Part shown: in pieces, positions 1 through 10,085 of the stretch
How positions within the stretch are numbered: the stretch's first letter is position 1
Layout of the letters: each line of letters opens with the position of its first letter
The notes under the pieces: generated by a model
Seen by the model: only the letters and a program-made list of their open reading frames with translations
Told to the model about the DNA's origin: nothing
Databases searched by the model: none
Position numbers and translations under genes: made by a program
Source: an uncultured bacterium
GTDB lineage: Bacteria; Chloroflexota; UBA5177; JANWHV01
Direction: 5' to 3'
Assembly: GCA_963729625.1 (NCBI GenBank)
Contig: CAVSOU010000010.1
Span: forward strand, 1,152,001-1,216,000
Length of the DNA: 64,000 bases

Positions 1-32
1 CTTCCGCGGCGAGACCGGGTCGTCCGCGGTGA

Positions 33-1008
33 CTAGCCGCGCCAGCACATGTCCGGGAACTGCTCCTCGGCGAGGCGGCGAAATTGTTGTACGGTCTCGT
101 CCGGGACCGGCAGATAGGGGCGGCGCGTCCTGTTTGCCGGCACAAGGAAAGACGAGGCGGCCGTGAGAGCTTTGCCCACGATACCGTGCAGATTCCCAGT
201 GCCAAGGAGGAGGCTGGTCGATAGTATGAACGCATGCATGCGTTGTTGCCGGGCTGTTGCCTCCGCCCATCGCAGATTGACGGCGTCGTCGTACCAGGCC
301 ACCATGTACGGCGCGTTGAAGTTAACGAACCAGGAGTAGACTCCTCGAGCCCCGAGCAGCATGAAGGGCGTCATCGCATGTTCACCCGTGAAATGGCTGA
401 GCTGCGGAGCGCAGGCCATAAGCGTCAGGAACTCAGGTACGCTGGAGCCCACGTGCTTGCTGCCGATGAGGCCCGGTACCTCTCGTGCAAGCACGGCGTA
501 GTCTGGCCCAAGCTGGTAATTGTGCACACGCGGAGTGTTGTAATGCACGAGCGCGAACCAGTCAGGGACCGCACGCTGGACGTCCTGCCAGAATGCCTTG
601 TACGACTCCGGCGTCATGGGCATGAAGAATGGGTGGCCGACATGGGCGCCGAGAATGCCGCGACTGGCGGCGAAGCTCGAGCCGATCGAGCATGCCTTGC
701 GTATTGCACCAGGTCACCCCAACCTGGGCCGGCACGCCCAACCGTTGGGTCTCGTCCGCGAAGACGGTGACAATCCGCTTGAACTCCTCGAATTCAATGG
801 CGTAGAACTCGCCATCGCTGTCGGTCGTATAGATCCCGTGCACGCCAGCGGCATGAAGCCGCCGAATATTCTCACGAAAGACCGCCTCGTCGAAGCGATC
901 GTCGGCATCGAAAGGCGTCGCAGTTGCTGCCCATACGCCGTGGAGATTGTCGCGCGTCAGTCGCTCCCGCATTGGCACCGCATAGCCACTGTCGGCTTGT
1001 CCGCTCAT
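33..1008 (-). pseudogene. Dihydrodipicolinate synthase (DHDPS/NAL) family class I aldolase, split by one +1 frameshift near 673-680
   Basis: N-half in ORF 562..1335 (GVWAATATPFD, TTDSDGEF); C-half in ORF 33..623 (VHYNTP, IGSKHVG with the Schiff-base Lys). Removing one base restores ...LDRLE-FAASRGILGAHVGHPFFMP. May be a sequencing error. Confidence 0.8.
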
Positions 1009-1225
1009 CACCGTTCCCCTGCTGCCTGAGCACCGGCGGCGTGCCGGCAAATAGAGGGCCGACGCTGGATCAACTCCGGTCAACAGTATACAATCGACCC
1101 TGTGCGAGAGCAAGCTGATCGATGACCGGAAGCGCGAACGCACGTCCATCGCCCACCGGTCCAGTTCCCTCTGGAACGAGCGCGAACGTACGGAACGATA
1201 CGCCTTGAAGTAGCAGGGGGCAATC

Positions 1226-1999
1226 GTGTACACCATCGACTTTACAGGCAAGATAGTGACCGTGATCGGAGCGGGGACCGGCATCGGGGCCGCAATTGCA
1301 CGCGGATTCAACGACGCCGGAGCAGACCTCGCCATCAGCTACCAGAGCAGCAGGGAAGGCGCCGAGCAGGTAGCTGCCGAGGTGCGCGCGGCCGGCCACC
1401 GCTGCCTGCTGTTCCCGGCGGACGGCCGTCGCGTTGCCGACGCCGAGTCCGTGGTCGACCAGACGGTTGCCGCATTCGGCGCTATCGACGTGCTCGTGTA
1501 CAATGCCGGCCTGACCGATCCACGTCCCCTTTTCGAACTGACCGAGGAAGATTGGGATCGTACGCTGGACATCAATCTGAAGAGCATGTTCTTCTGCGCG
1601 CGTCGCGCCGCGGCACATATGCGAGATCGACATTGCCGGGGGAGCATCATTCTCATCTCGTCGATCCACAGCATCCTTGCACGCCACGGACACACCCATT
1701 ACGCGGCCAGCAAGGCCGGGATCAACATGATGACTCGCTCGCTGGCCGAGCAGCTGGCGCCCCTGGGAATTCGGGTCAACGCCATCGCGCCAGGTTCGAT
1801 AGATGTGCGGCGGGGGGCTGCCGCGCTGGAACCGCTGCCCGCCGATATCGGAGCGTATATTCCGCTCGGCCGGGTAGGGCTGCCGCACGAGATGGCGGAT
1901 ATCGCCGTGTTTCTGGCCTCGGATCGAGCCTCATATGTCACCGGCAGCGTGCTTGTCGCGGACGGAGGCCTGACCGTGCGCATGCACTTACCCGGCTAA
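1226..1999 (+). CDS. Short-chain dehydrogenase/reductase (SDR)
   Basis: GAGTGIG Rossmann motif, YNAG, YAASK catalytic motif, IRVNAIAPG. Confidence 0.93.
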   Translation: MYTIDFTGKIVTVIGAGTGIGAAIARGFNDAGADLAISYQSSREGAEQVAAEVRAAGHRCLLFPADGRRVADAESVVDQTVAAFGAIDVLVYNAGLTDPRPLFELTEEDWDRTLDINLKSMFFCARRAAAHMRDRHCRGSIILISSIHSILARHGHTHYAASKAGINMMTRSLAEQLAPLGIRVNAIAPGSIDVRRGAAALEPLPADIGAYIPLGRVGLPHEMADIAVFLASDRASYVTGSVLVADGGLTVRMHLPG

Positions 2000-2219
2000 C
2001 ACGAGATGCCATCGGCTTGGGTTTTCGTGCCAATCCGGTCCGCCGCCTGCGACCCAACGTCCTGAGCAGGTAACGCCAGCCTGCGCCATTGCGCCAGATA
2101 GTACGGCTGTGTATACTGTTGACGGAAGTTGCGCCGGCATGTCATGACCCTGATCCAGTGTTGCTCTGGACTCCGGTTGCGTGCCGCGATCACGTACTCA
2201 CGACAACAAGGGCGGCAAA

Positions 2220-3608
2220 ATGGCGGTAGACATCGTGATGCCCCGGCTTGGCTGGGGAGGGAATGAAGCCAGCCTGGTCGAGTGGAGCAAGAAGGACGGC
2301 GACAAGGTGGAGGCTGGCGATGTCGTCTGCCTGGTCGAGGGCGACAAGGTCGTCACCGAAGTGGAGTCGATGGACAGCGGCATTCTGCGGATTGCGCCGT
2401 CCTGCCCGCCAATCGGCTCGGCTGTTCCGGTTGGGACCATCCTCGGGTACCTGCTGGCCCCCGGTGAGCCTGCCCCATTCGCGCCCGATTCAGCGGCGAT
2501 TACGGGTGATACTCAGACTACCCCGACGGTCGCTGCCGCCGCTGCGCCGCCTTCGACTGACTCGTCCATTCGGCCAACGCTTGTCGATGCGCCTGTCAGT
2601 GCGGATACGCTGTCGACGTCGCATATCGAGCCCACAATAAGCCCGCGGGCTCGACGAACAGCAAGGGAGCTCGGCGTCGACTGGGCGGCTGTCCGGGGGA
2701 GCGGCAGGTCCGGCCGTATCGTCGAGCGCGATGTGCGCGAAGCCGTGATGAAGCCACCTTCCGCCGCACGGATCACGCCCATCGCGCGCCGCGTTGCCCG
2801 CGAATCAGGCGTCGACGTCGATGACCTGGCGCTCGCGAAGCCGGGTCAGCGCATCACGCGAGCAGACGTCGAGAGCGCTGTGAGCTCTCAGACGCCGGCC
2901 ACGCTCCCGCCGCCCGTCTCGACCGTAGGTGGTGTCCGAAAGCTTGTGGCAGAGAGATTGACGACAAGCATGCGCACTGTCGCGCCGGTCACATTGACCA
3001 CGGACGCGGATGCGACAGAGCTTGTCGAGCTGCGCCGCAAGATCAACGCCGACGCCAGTGCCTCGGAAGCGGCGCCGATTTCGTACAACGATTTGTTGGC
3101 CCGGTTGGTGGCAATCGCGCTGACCGAACATCCGCGGATCAATGCCTCGTTCGTCAATGGTGAGATCGTCGAGCACGCCACGGCCAATATCGGAATCGCC
3201 GTGGATACGGAGCGCGGCCTGTTGGTGCCTGTAGTGCGCGACGTCGCGGCGAAGTCCATCCGGCGCATCGCCGACGAGTCGGCCGAGCTCGTTCGCGCCA
3301 CGCGCAGCGGTCGTATTTCTGCTGACCATTTGCACGGCGCGACGTTCACTATCACGAACCTTGGCATGTACGACATCGACGCCTTTACGCCGATCATCAA
3401 CTTGCCCGAGTGTGCGATTCTCGGGGTCGGCCGAATCGTAGCGCGTGCAGTCGTGGTGGACGAGGAAGCCGGCACGCTTGCCGCGCGCAAGATGATGGCG
3501 CTCAGCCTCACATTTGATCATCGCCTCGTGGATGGCGCGCCGGCCGCGCGTTTTCTGCGCCGAGTAAAAGAGTTCGTCGAGCGCCCGACGTTGTGGCTGG
3601 TCCGCTAG
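2220..3608 (+). CDS. 2-oxoacid dehydrogenase E2 (dihydrolipoamide acyltransferase)
   Basis: Lipoyl domain (VEGDKV), two peripheral subunit-binding repeats (SPRARR..GSGRSGRI; TPIARR), catalytic DHRLVDG. Start at ATG 2220. Confidence 0.93.
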   Translation: MAVDIVMPRLGWGGNEASLVEWSKKDGDKVEAGDVVCLVEGDKVVTEVESMDSGILRIAPSCPPIGSAVPVGTILGYLLAPGEPAPFAPDSAAITGDTQTTPTVAAAAAPPSTDSSIRPTLVDAPVSADTLSTSHIEPTISPRARRTARELGVDWAAVRGSGRSGRIVERDVREAVMKPPSAARITPIARRVARESGVDVDDLALAKPGQRITRADVESAVSSQTPATLPPPVSTVGGVRKLVAERLTTSMRTVAPVTLTTDADATELVELRRKINADASASEAAPISYNDLLARLVAIALTEHPRINASFVNGEIVEHATANIGIAVDTERGLLVPVVRDVAAKSIRRIADESAELVRATRSGRISADHLHGATFTITNLGMYDIDAFTPIINLPECAILGVGRIVARAVVVDEEAGTLAARKMMALSLTFDHRLVDGAPAARFLRRVKEFVERPTLWLVR

Positions 3609-3641
3609 GGTCGGCGACGGAGCGGAAAGGATCTTGCCGGC

Positions 3642-4640
3642 ATGATGAGTGACGTTGCCCTGCACCCCGCCTCGAGCCTGAGTAAGGACCAACTCCTGGC
3701 CCTGTACCGCCAGATGACGCTCATTCGACGCTGCGAGGAGCAACTTGTCCGCTCGCACCAGGCCGGGCTGATTCCCGGCGCCTGCCACACGTATATCGGT
3801 GAAGAAGCCGTGGCGACCGGAGTGTGCGCGCACCTTCGGCGCGATGATACAGTCATGAGCACGCACCGCGGTCACGGCCATGCCCTGGCGAAAGGCGTGT
3901 CGCCCCATGCTCTGATAGCCGAGCTGTTCGGCAAGGCGACCGGTGTGTCGCACGGGCGCGGCGGCAGCATGCACTTGTTCTCGCCGGAGGTGGGTTTGCT
4001 TGGTACCAGCGGCGTCGTCGGCCCGAGCATACTGATGGCGACCGGCGCCGGGTACTCGTTCAGGCTGCTCAAGACCGACCGCGTCAGCGTGGCGTTCTTT
4101 GGCGATGGCGCGGCGAACAATGGCGCCTTTCACGAGGGCCTCAACATGGCCTCGATCTGGAAGCTGCCTGTTCTGTTCGTCTGTGAGAACAACATGTACG
4201 CGACCGAGGTGCCATTTGCGACCGTCGCCGGCAATCCGGTTGTCGCAGAGCGCGCGGCCTCCTACGGTATGCCCGGCAAGCGCGTCGACGGAAACGACGT
4301 CGTCGCCGTCTACCAGGCAGCCGGTGAGGCGGTGCGGCGAGCCCGGGCAGGGGAAGGTCCGACGCTGCTGGAGTGCGTGACGTACCGAACTCGACCGCAT
4401 TCCGAAGGGATGAGCGATTCGGGTTACCGCTCGCGCGAGGAAGTGGCCGCATGGCGGGCCCGCTGCCCTATTCAGCGACTTCGCACGAGCCTGCTTGGCG
4501 ATGAGACGGCGACTGAAACCGAACTCGACGCCATCGACGCCGAGATCCAGGCTGCAGTTGCGGATGCCCTGGCGTTCGCCAACAGCAGTGCATGGCCTGA
4601 GGTAGCTACGGCGACGATGCATGTCTTCAGCGACCGCTAG
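3642..4640 (+). CDS. TPP-dependent dehydrogenase E1 alpha subunit (pyruvate/acetoin type)
   Basis: THRGHGH, GDGAANNG..ENN TPP-binding motif, YRTRPHS. Confidence 0.94.
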   Translation: MMSDVALHPASSLSKDQLLALYRQMTLIRRCEEQLVRSHQAGLIPGACHTYIGEEAVATGVCAHLRRDDTVMSTHRGHGHALAKGVSPHALIAELFGKATGVSHGRGGSMHLFSPEVGLLGTSGVVGPSILMATGAGYSFRLLKTDRVSVAFFGDGAANNGAFHEGLNMASIWKLPVLFVCENNMYATEVPFATVAGNPVVAERAASYGMPGKRVDGNDVVAVYQAAGEAVRRARAGEGPTLLECVTYRTRPHSEGMSDSGYRSREEVAAWRARCPIQRLRTSLLGDETATETELDAIDAEIQAAVADALAFANSSAWPEVATATMHVFSDR

Positions 4641-4660
4641 ATGACGGTGGGGGTCCGATA

Positions 4661-5638
4661 ATGCGGGAAATGACATACGCGGCAGCAGCGCGCGAAGGCC
4701 TGACCGAGGAAATGGCGCGAGATTCGACGATCTTTGTCGTCGGCGAGGGCATCGGCTCACGCGGGGGCAATTTCGGCACGACGCTGGGACTCTTCGATCT
4801 GTACGGTCCCGAGCGCCTGCGCGACACGCCGATCAGTGAGCGCGGTTTCACCGGGCTCTGCACGGGTGCAGCTATGACCGGCAGCCGACCGATCGTCGAC
4901 TACATGTTTTTCGATTTCGCCCTGGATGGTTTGGGGGAGCTGATCAACCAGACGGCAAAACTCCAGTACATGAGCGATGGCAGGCTGAAGATGCCCATCG
5001 TGCTGCGCGGGTGTATCGGTGTCGGCGACTCCTCCGCGGCGCATCACACCGGCAACTACTATCCGTTGTTCACGCAGCTCCCCGGCTTCCGCGTGGTTGT
5101 GCCCACTACGCCCCGAGATGTCAAAGGGTTGCTCAAGACGGCGATCCGCAGCGACGACCCCGTGATCTTCATGGAGCCGCGCACGCTGCTGAACACCAAC
5201 GGCCCTGTACCCGACGACGAGTATCTGATCGCCTTTGGCGAGGCAAGTGTCGTCCGCCAAGGCACGCACGTCACGGTGGTCGCTGTCGGTTCTATGGTAC
5301 CGCGAGCCGTTCAGGCGGCTGAGGAGCTGGCGAAAGACACGATCTCGGTGGAAATCATCGATCCACGGACAATCGCGCCCCTCGACATCGACACGATCCT
5401 CGCGTCAGTCCGCAAGACTGGCAGGCTGCTGATCGTGGACGAGACGTATGCTCCGTGTGGAGTTGGCGCGGAGATCGCTGCTCAGGTGGTGGCCCGAGGT
5501 TTCGACGATCTTGATGCCCCAGTACAGCGCCTCAACGGCGCATTCACGGTTGTGCCGTACAGCCCGGTGTTGGAGCGGACCATCGTGCCTGACACCGCGC
5601 AGATCGTCATTGCGCTGCGCGACCTGCTCGCCGAGTAG
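4661..5638 (+). CDS. TPP-dependent dehydrogenase E1 beta subunit
   Basis: DTPISE, DPRTIAPLD; directly follows E1 alpha. Confidence 0.94.
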   Translation: MREMTYAAAAREGLTEEMARDSTIFVVGEGIGSRGGNFGTTLGLFDLYGPERLRDTPISERGFTGLCTGAAMTGSRPIVDYMFFDFALDGLGELINQTAKLQYMSDGRLKMPIVLRGCIGVGDSSAAHHTGNYYPLFTQLPGFRVVVPTTPRDVKGLLKTAIRSDDPVIFMEPRTLLNTNGPVPDDEYLIAFGEASVVRQGTHVTVVAVGSMVPRAVQAAEELAKDTISVEIIDPRTIAPLDIDTILASVRKTGRLLIVDETYAPCGVGAEIAAQVVARGFDDLDAPVQRLNGAFTVVPYSPVLERTIVPDTAQIVIALRDLLAE

Positions 5639-5836
5639 TGCCTCGATCGTCCGATTGCGCAGATGCGTGTAGCTCTGGCCGAAACGGGCGCCGGCGCATG
5701 GTGCCATGATGGACGACGCGTGACACGCGTGAACACTCATGCCCATCGATGCAGTCGCGGCTACAAAGTGGCTCGTGTCAGACGTGGACGGATGCGCGCT
5801 ATTGTTGCTCTCGTTTGCCGAAGACTGATGTCGCTC

Positions 5837-7411
5837 ATGAACGATGCCGCGACCAACCAGTCGGAGCTCGACGATGTGACCGCCGACGCGGCTAAAGCGC
5901 CGTTTGTGCTCACGCTCGACGTGGGTACGTCGTCGGTGCGTGCCATGCTGTTTGACGCGCTCGCGCGAGGCATACGAGGCATGGCCGTGGCTGTGCAGCA
6001 GGAGATGCGCACGACGTCTGATGGCGGCGTGGAGGCGGACGCGGACTCGATGGTGGACTTGACGCTGGTCGCCGTGGACAGACTGCTGGCGTCCGCCGGC
6101 CTGCACGCCAGGCATATAGGTGCGGTTGCCGTCGACACCTTCTGGCACAGTCTGCTCGGAGTCGACGATCGCGGCCGGGCTGTAACGCCGGTATATACAT
6201 GGGCGGATACGCGCGCCGCCGCCGCCGCGGAGCAGTTGAAGGCAGAACTGGACGAGGAGGCTGTCCACGCCCGGACGGGTTGCATGCTTCACTCCACATA
6301 TCCCCCGGCGAAGCTGCGCTGGATCGCCGGCAGCCAGCAGCCGATCTTTCGGAAGACAGCCACGTGGATGGCCTTCGGCGATTACCTCTACTTGCGGCTG
6401 TTTGGCTATGCCGCCAGCACCCACTCTATGGCCTCCGGATCGGGATTGTTCGACCAGCACCGCTGCTGCTGGGATCAAGAAGTGCTGCAGGCCGTGGGGT
6501 TGACCGAAGGGCAGCTGCCCGTCTTGATTGACCGCCAAGATGCGCTGCGGACGTTGCTTCCGGTCTTCGCGCGACGATGGCCAATGCTTGCCGGAATTCC
6601 GTGGTTCCCGGCAGTTGCGGACGGGGCAGCCAACAACGTCGGCAGCGGATGCCGCACCGCCGATCGCGTCGTGGTGATGGTAGGTACATCCGGTGCCATG
6701 CGGGTGGTCTGGCCGGCCGAGCACGTGCGCATTCCTCGAGGGCTGTGGGTGTATCGGTTGGATCGGAGCCACTTTGCCATGGGTGGCGTGCTGAGCACCG
6801 GCGGGAACATGGCTGCATGGATGCGCGACACGTTGCGCCTGGATGACCTTGGCGCTGCCGAGCACGAGCTGGAAGCGATGGCTCCCGACGGCCACGGGCT
6901 GACGATTCTGCCATTCCTGGCCGGCGAGCGCAGTACTGGCTGGGCAGCACACGCCAGCGCCGTATTCGCCGGCGTGACGCTCCACACACGCCCTATCGAC
7001 CTCCTGCGCGCCGGTATGGAGTCGGTTGCGCTGCGCTTTGCGGAGCTGTGGAGTATCCTGCTCCGGGAGTTGCCCGCGGCCGGCGGCGGAGACGGCGCTG
7101 GCGGCGCGGCTGACACGCATGTTCAAGTCGTGGCAAGCGGCGCCGCGTTGGCACATTCTCCCGTGTGGATACAGATGATCGCCGACGCTCTTGGCTGCCC
7201 GGTTGCTCGGTCGAGCGTGCCTGAAGCGACGAGCAGGGGTGTCGCGCTCCTGGCGCTTGAAGCGCTGGGTGTAACCTCGACGCTCGCAACGGTCACGACG
7301 ACGCTTGAGCCATCGCTGCAACCCTCGAGTGAGCACCACCAGGTGTACCAAAGGGCCCTGATTCGCCAGAAATGGCTGTACGATGCCGTGATTGCCTCGC
7401 GGGAGAAATAG
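5837..7411 (+). CDS. gntK: Gluconokinase, FGGY carbohydrate kinase family
   Basis: DVGTSS, TFWHS, TWADTRA, GTSGAMR, PFLAGERS motifs of FGGY gluconokinases. Start is 5828 or 5837. Confidence 0.8.
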   Translation: MNDAATNQSELDDVTADAAKAPFVLTLDVGTSSVRAMLFDALARGIRGMAVAVQQEMRTTSDGGVEADADSMVDLTLVAVDRLLASAGLHARHIGAVAVDTFWHSLLGVDDRGRAVTPVYTWADTRAAAAAEQLKAELDEEAVHARTGCMLHSTYPPAKLRWIAGSQQPIFRKTATWMAFGDYLYLRLFGYAASTHSMASGSGLFDQHRCCWDQEVLQAVGLTEGQLPVLIDRQDALRTLLPVFARRWPMLAGIPWFPAVADGAANNVGSGCRTADRVVVMVGTSGAMRVVWPAEHVRIPRGLWVYRLDRSHFAMGGVLSTGGNMAAWMRDTLRLDDLGAAEHELEAMAPDGHGLTILPFLAGERSTGWAAHASAVFAGVTLHTRPIDLLRAGMESVALRFAELWSILLRELPAAGGGDGAGGAADTHVQVVASGAALAHSPVWIQMIADALGCPVARSSVPEATSRGVALLALEALGVTSTLATVTTTLEPSLQPSSEHHQVYQRALIRQKWLYDAVIASREK

Positions 7412-7420
7412 ACCGGCCAG

Positions 7421-7444
7421 GACACCGGCGTATAGGCCGGTGTC
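7421..7444. terminator. Hairpin between convergent genes, candidate bidirectional terminator
   Basis: GACACCGGC-gtatag-GCCGGTGTC, a perfect 9-bp stem in the 33-bp gap between two stop codons. No U-tract. Confidence 0.55.
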
Positions 7445-8545
7445 TCAGCGCTGCACGCGCGCGCTGGCCCCAGCGACCAGGCTCTCCACTTCCGAAAGAC
7501 TTGCCATCGACGTGTCACCAGGAGTTGTCATCGCCAGCGCGCCGTGCGCTGCGCCGTATTCTACCGCAGTCGCAAGATCGCCTTTTTCCAGCAAGCCGTA
7601 TATCAGACCGGATGCGAAACTGTCCCCACCCCCTACCCGATCGAAGATTGCCAGGTCGGGACGATGCGTGGCCTCAACGAACAGACCGTTCGCCCAGGCG
7701 ACCGCCCCCCAGTCGTTGACGGACGCCGACTTGACTGCCCGCAGCGTCGTCGCCACGACCGCCAAATTGGGGAACCGCGTTACCACGTCCCCTATCATGG
7801 TCTTGAAGCTGGTGGCATCCAGGGATCCTGCTTCGAGATCGGTACCGGGCACTTCAAAGCCAAGGCACGCGGTGAAGTCCTCTTCATTGCCCAACATCAC
7901 GTCGACAAGGCAGGCTAACCGCCTGTTGACCTCCTGGGCCTTGGCTTGCCCACCGAATGCCTTCCAGAGACTTGGCCGGTAGTTCAAGTCGTATGAGACG
8001 ATTGTCCCGTGGCGCTTCGCGGCGGTCATCGCCTCCTCGATGACCTCAGGTGTGCTGGCCGACAGCGCCGCGTAGATGCCTCCCGTGTGGAACCAACGCA
8101 CCCCTTGCACGCCGAAAAGGTGTTCCCAGTCGATGTCACCGCGGCGAAGCTGGCTGGCCGCAGTATAGCCGCGGTCTGACACGCCAACGGCACCGCGAAC
8201 GCCGAAGCCACGTTCCGTGAAGTTGAGGCCATTCCGTACGCTGCGTCCGATACCGTCGTAAGGAACCCATCGTATGAGCGAGGTATCCACGCCGCCCTGG
8301 AGAATAAGGTCCTCCACGAGACGTCCGACATCGTTTGCCGCAAAAGCCGTCACAACAGCAGTACGCTGACCAAAACAGCGGCGCAGACCGCGGGCGACGT
8401 TGTACTCGCCACCGCCCTCCCAAACCGTGAATGAGCGGGCCGTACGGATACGAAACTCACCGGGGTCGAGTCGCAACATGATCTCACCCAGCGAAACCTC
8501 GTCGAACCGGCAACTCTCCTTTGAGCGAGTCGTTAACACTGACAC
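7445..8545 (-). CDS. kdgK: PfkB family sugar kinase, 2-keto-3-deoxygluconate kinase-like
   Basis: GEIMLRL, GGGEYNVA, DLNYRPSLW, DRVGGGDSF. GTG start with AGGAG RBS. Confidence 0.8.
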   Translation of the reverse strand: MSVLTTRSKESCRFDEVSLGEIMLRLDPGEFRIRTARSFTVWEGGGEYNVARGLRRCFGQRTAVVTAFAANDVGRLVEDLILQGGVDTSLIRWVPYDGIGRSVRNGLNFTERGFGVRGAVGVSDRGYTAASQLRRGDIDWEHLFGVQGVRWFHTGGIYAALSASTPEVIEEAMTAAKRHGTIVSYDLNYRPSLWKAFGGQAKAQEVNRRLACLVDVMLGNEEDFTACLGFEVPGTDLEAGSLDATSFKTMIGDVVTRFPNLAVVATTLRAVKSASVNDWGAVAWANGLFVEATHRPDLAIFDRVGGGDSFASGLIYGLLEKGDLATAVEYGAAHGALAMTTPGDTSMASLSEVESLVAGASARVQR

Positions 8546-8786
8546 AGCGCTTACTCCTGTCTGGGTTCTTGGGCGCGTCCGGGACGGACCACCTTCTAGA
8601 ATCGATTGCTCTGCAGACGTGCTTGCGGGAACCTTCCAGCTACCCCTTATAGGCCCAAATCTCGCAACGGATGTCAATGGTTGGAAGCAAACGTCAGTCT
8701 TCGCACGGTTCCGAGCCATGGTATTAATGGCGCAGTGACAGCGCACCACCCAGGAGGACACAACGCAAAGACATCGGCGGGCGCAA

Positions 8787-9803
8787 TCATGCGGCCGGCT
8801 GGTTCTGCATCATGTTGACCATGGCGACGATGTTCTCCGCGGGCACGTCGCCAGGTATATCGTGAGTAGGAGCGGCAATATAACCGCCGCCGAGGGCCAT
8901 GGTGCGCATCGTCTCGCGCGTGATGGATCGGACTTCCTCAGGCGAACACCATGGAAGGACCCTCTGCGTGCTGATCCCGCCCCAGAACGTCAAATCTTGC
9001 CCGTACTGCCGTTTGACCTGGTGAATGTCGTAGATCTCGGGCTGAAATGTCTGGTACACGTCAAGCCCAATTTCTATCAGTTCGGGGAACAGCTGATGAA
9101 TGTCGCCACAAGAGTGCTGGGAGACAAACCTGCCTGCCCGCTTGACCCGCTCATACATGCGCGCCATCCGCGGCTTGATGAAGGTGCGCCACAGGCGCGG
9201 ACCCATGATGAGGCCACGCTGCTGACCCCAGTCATCGCCAAAATGGAAGCCGTCAATAGGGTACTCGAGGGCAATGTCGACGATCCGGAGATCGTGCTCG
9301 CAGATTGCGTCCAGCAACTCGTGCACAAAGTGCGACTCGGTGAGCATCTCTATAAGGAGATTCTCCATGCCTCGTAGCGTCCAGGCTCGCTCAAACATCG
9401 AGAAGCCAATGGCGCCGATCAGACAACGGTCGCCAGCCTGAGCCACAGCGGTCGCATATTCGTGCCGGATCCGCGCCTCGTCGAGCAACGGAAATCGATA
9501 CCCAGTCAGCGATGGCGTCTGCAATACCAGGCCCTCGATAGCGCCGATATCTTTGTCTGCGCCGTTGCGGTTCCAGACAACGCCGAAGTGGTCCTGCCAG
9601 TAGCCGGCGCGGTGGGCCAGCTCTTGAAGGTAGCCGTCGTAATAGACGATCTCAAGATGATTACCTATCCGCTCGACGTATCCGGAATCGCCTGTAAAGC
9701 GCAGGAGCCGGTCGCGAGCCTGCTGCGTGAGGCCAACGTTGTAGGGAACGGTATCCGTCTCCTGATGTCGAATGGCCTGAAGAACTCTGTCACGTCTGGT
9801 CAA
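8787..9803 (-). CDS. Uroporphyrinogen decarboxylase-fold (MtaA/CmuA-like) protein
   Basis: FERAWTLRGME, DDWGQQ, HSCG, WGGISTQ, APTH..VPAENI. TTG start after GAGGAGG. Confidence 0.85.
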   Translation of the reverse strand: MTRRDRVLQAIRHQETDTVPYNVGLTQQARDRLLRFTGDSGYVERIGNHLEIVYYDGYLQELAHRAGYWQDHFGVVWNRNGADKDIGAIEGLVLQTPSLTGYRFPLLDEARIRHEYATAVAQAGDRCLIGAIGFSMFERAWTLRGMENLLIEMLTESHFVHELLDAICEHDLRIVDIALEYPIDGFHFGDDWGQQRGLIMGPRLWRTFIKPRMARMYERVKRAGRFVSQHSCGDIHQLFPELIEIGLDVYQTFQPEIYDIHQVKRQYGQDLTFWGGISTQRVLPWCSPEEVRSITRETMRTMALGGGYIAAPTHDIPGDVPAENIVAMVNMMQNQPAA

Positions 9804-10085
9804 CGTACGCCTCCTCGATGGTCCCTGTCGCGTCCAGGCTGCCCCCGGCATCCAACACGCCGCCACTCACCCATCAGGCACTAGCTATCGTGCGTTGCTC
9901 GTTCGTATAAGGAACCTGGGCAGCGCCAGAGTTGCTACCGCTTCGAGAAGTGTAGCACGACGATCGCATTGAACTTTCGTCACCCCACAGCCGCAAGAGC
10001 GATCGCAGCGAGCTCGTTGATGAGGCCAGCGGCCTTCATGCTACGATGGTCATCGGTGAATACACGAAGACGGATTGGAGCAAGG

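Noticed and set aside
2805-7351. Very long antisense ORFs (2805..4760, 5405..7351; likewise 30124..31317, 32400..33614, 41448..42761)
   Set aside because: They lie opposite well-supported genes, have no recognisable motifs, and are expected shadows of GC-rich codon usage.
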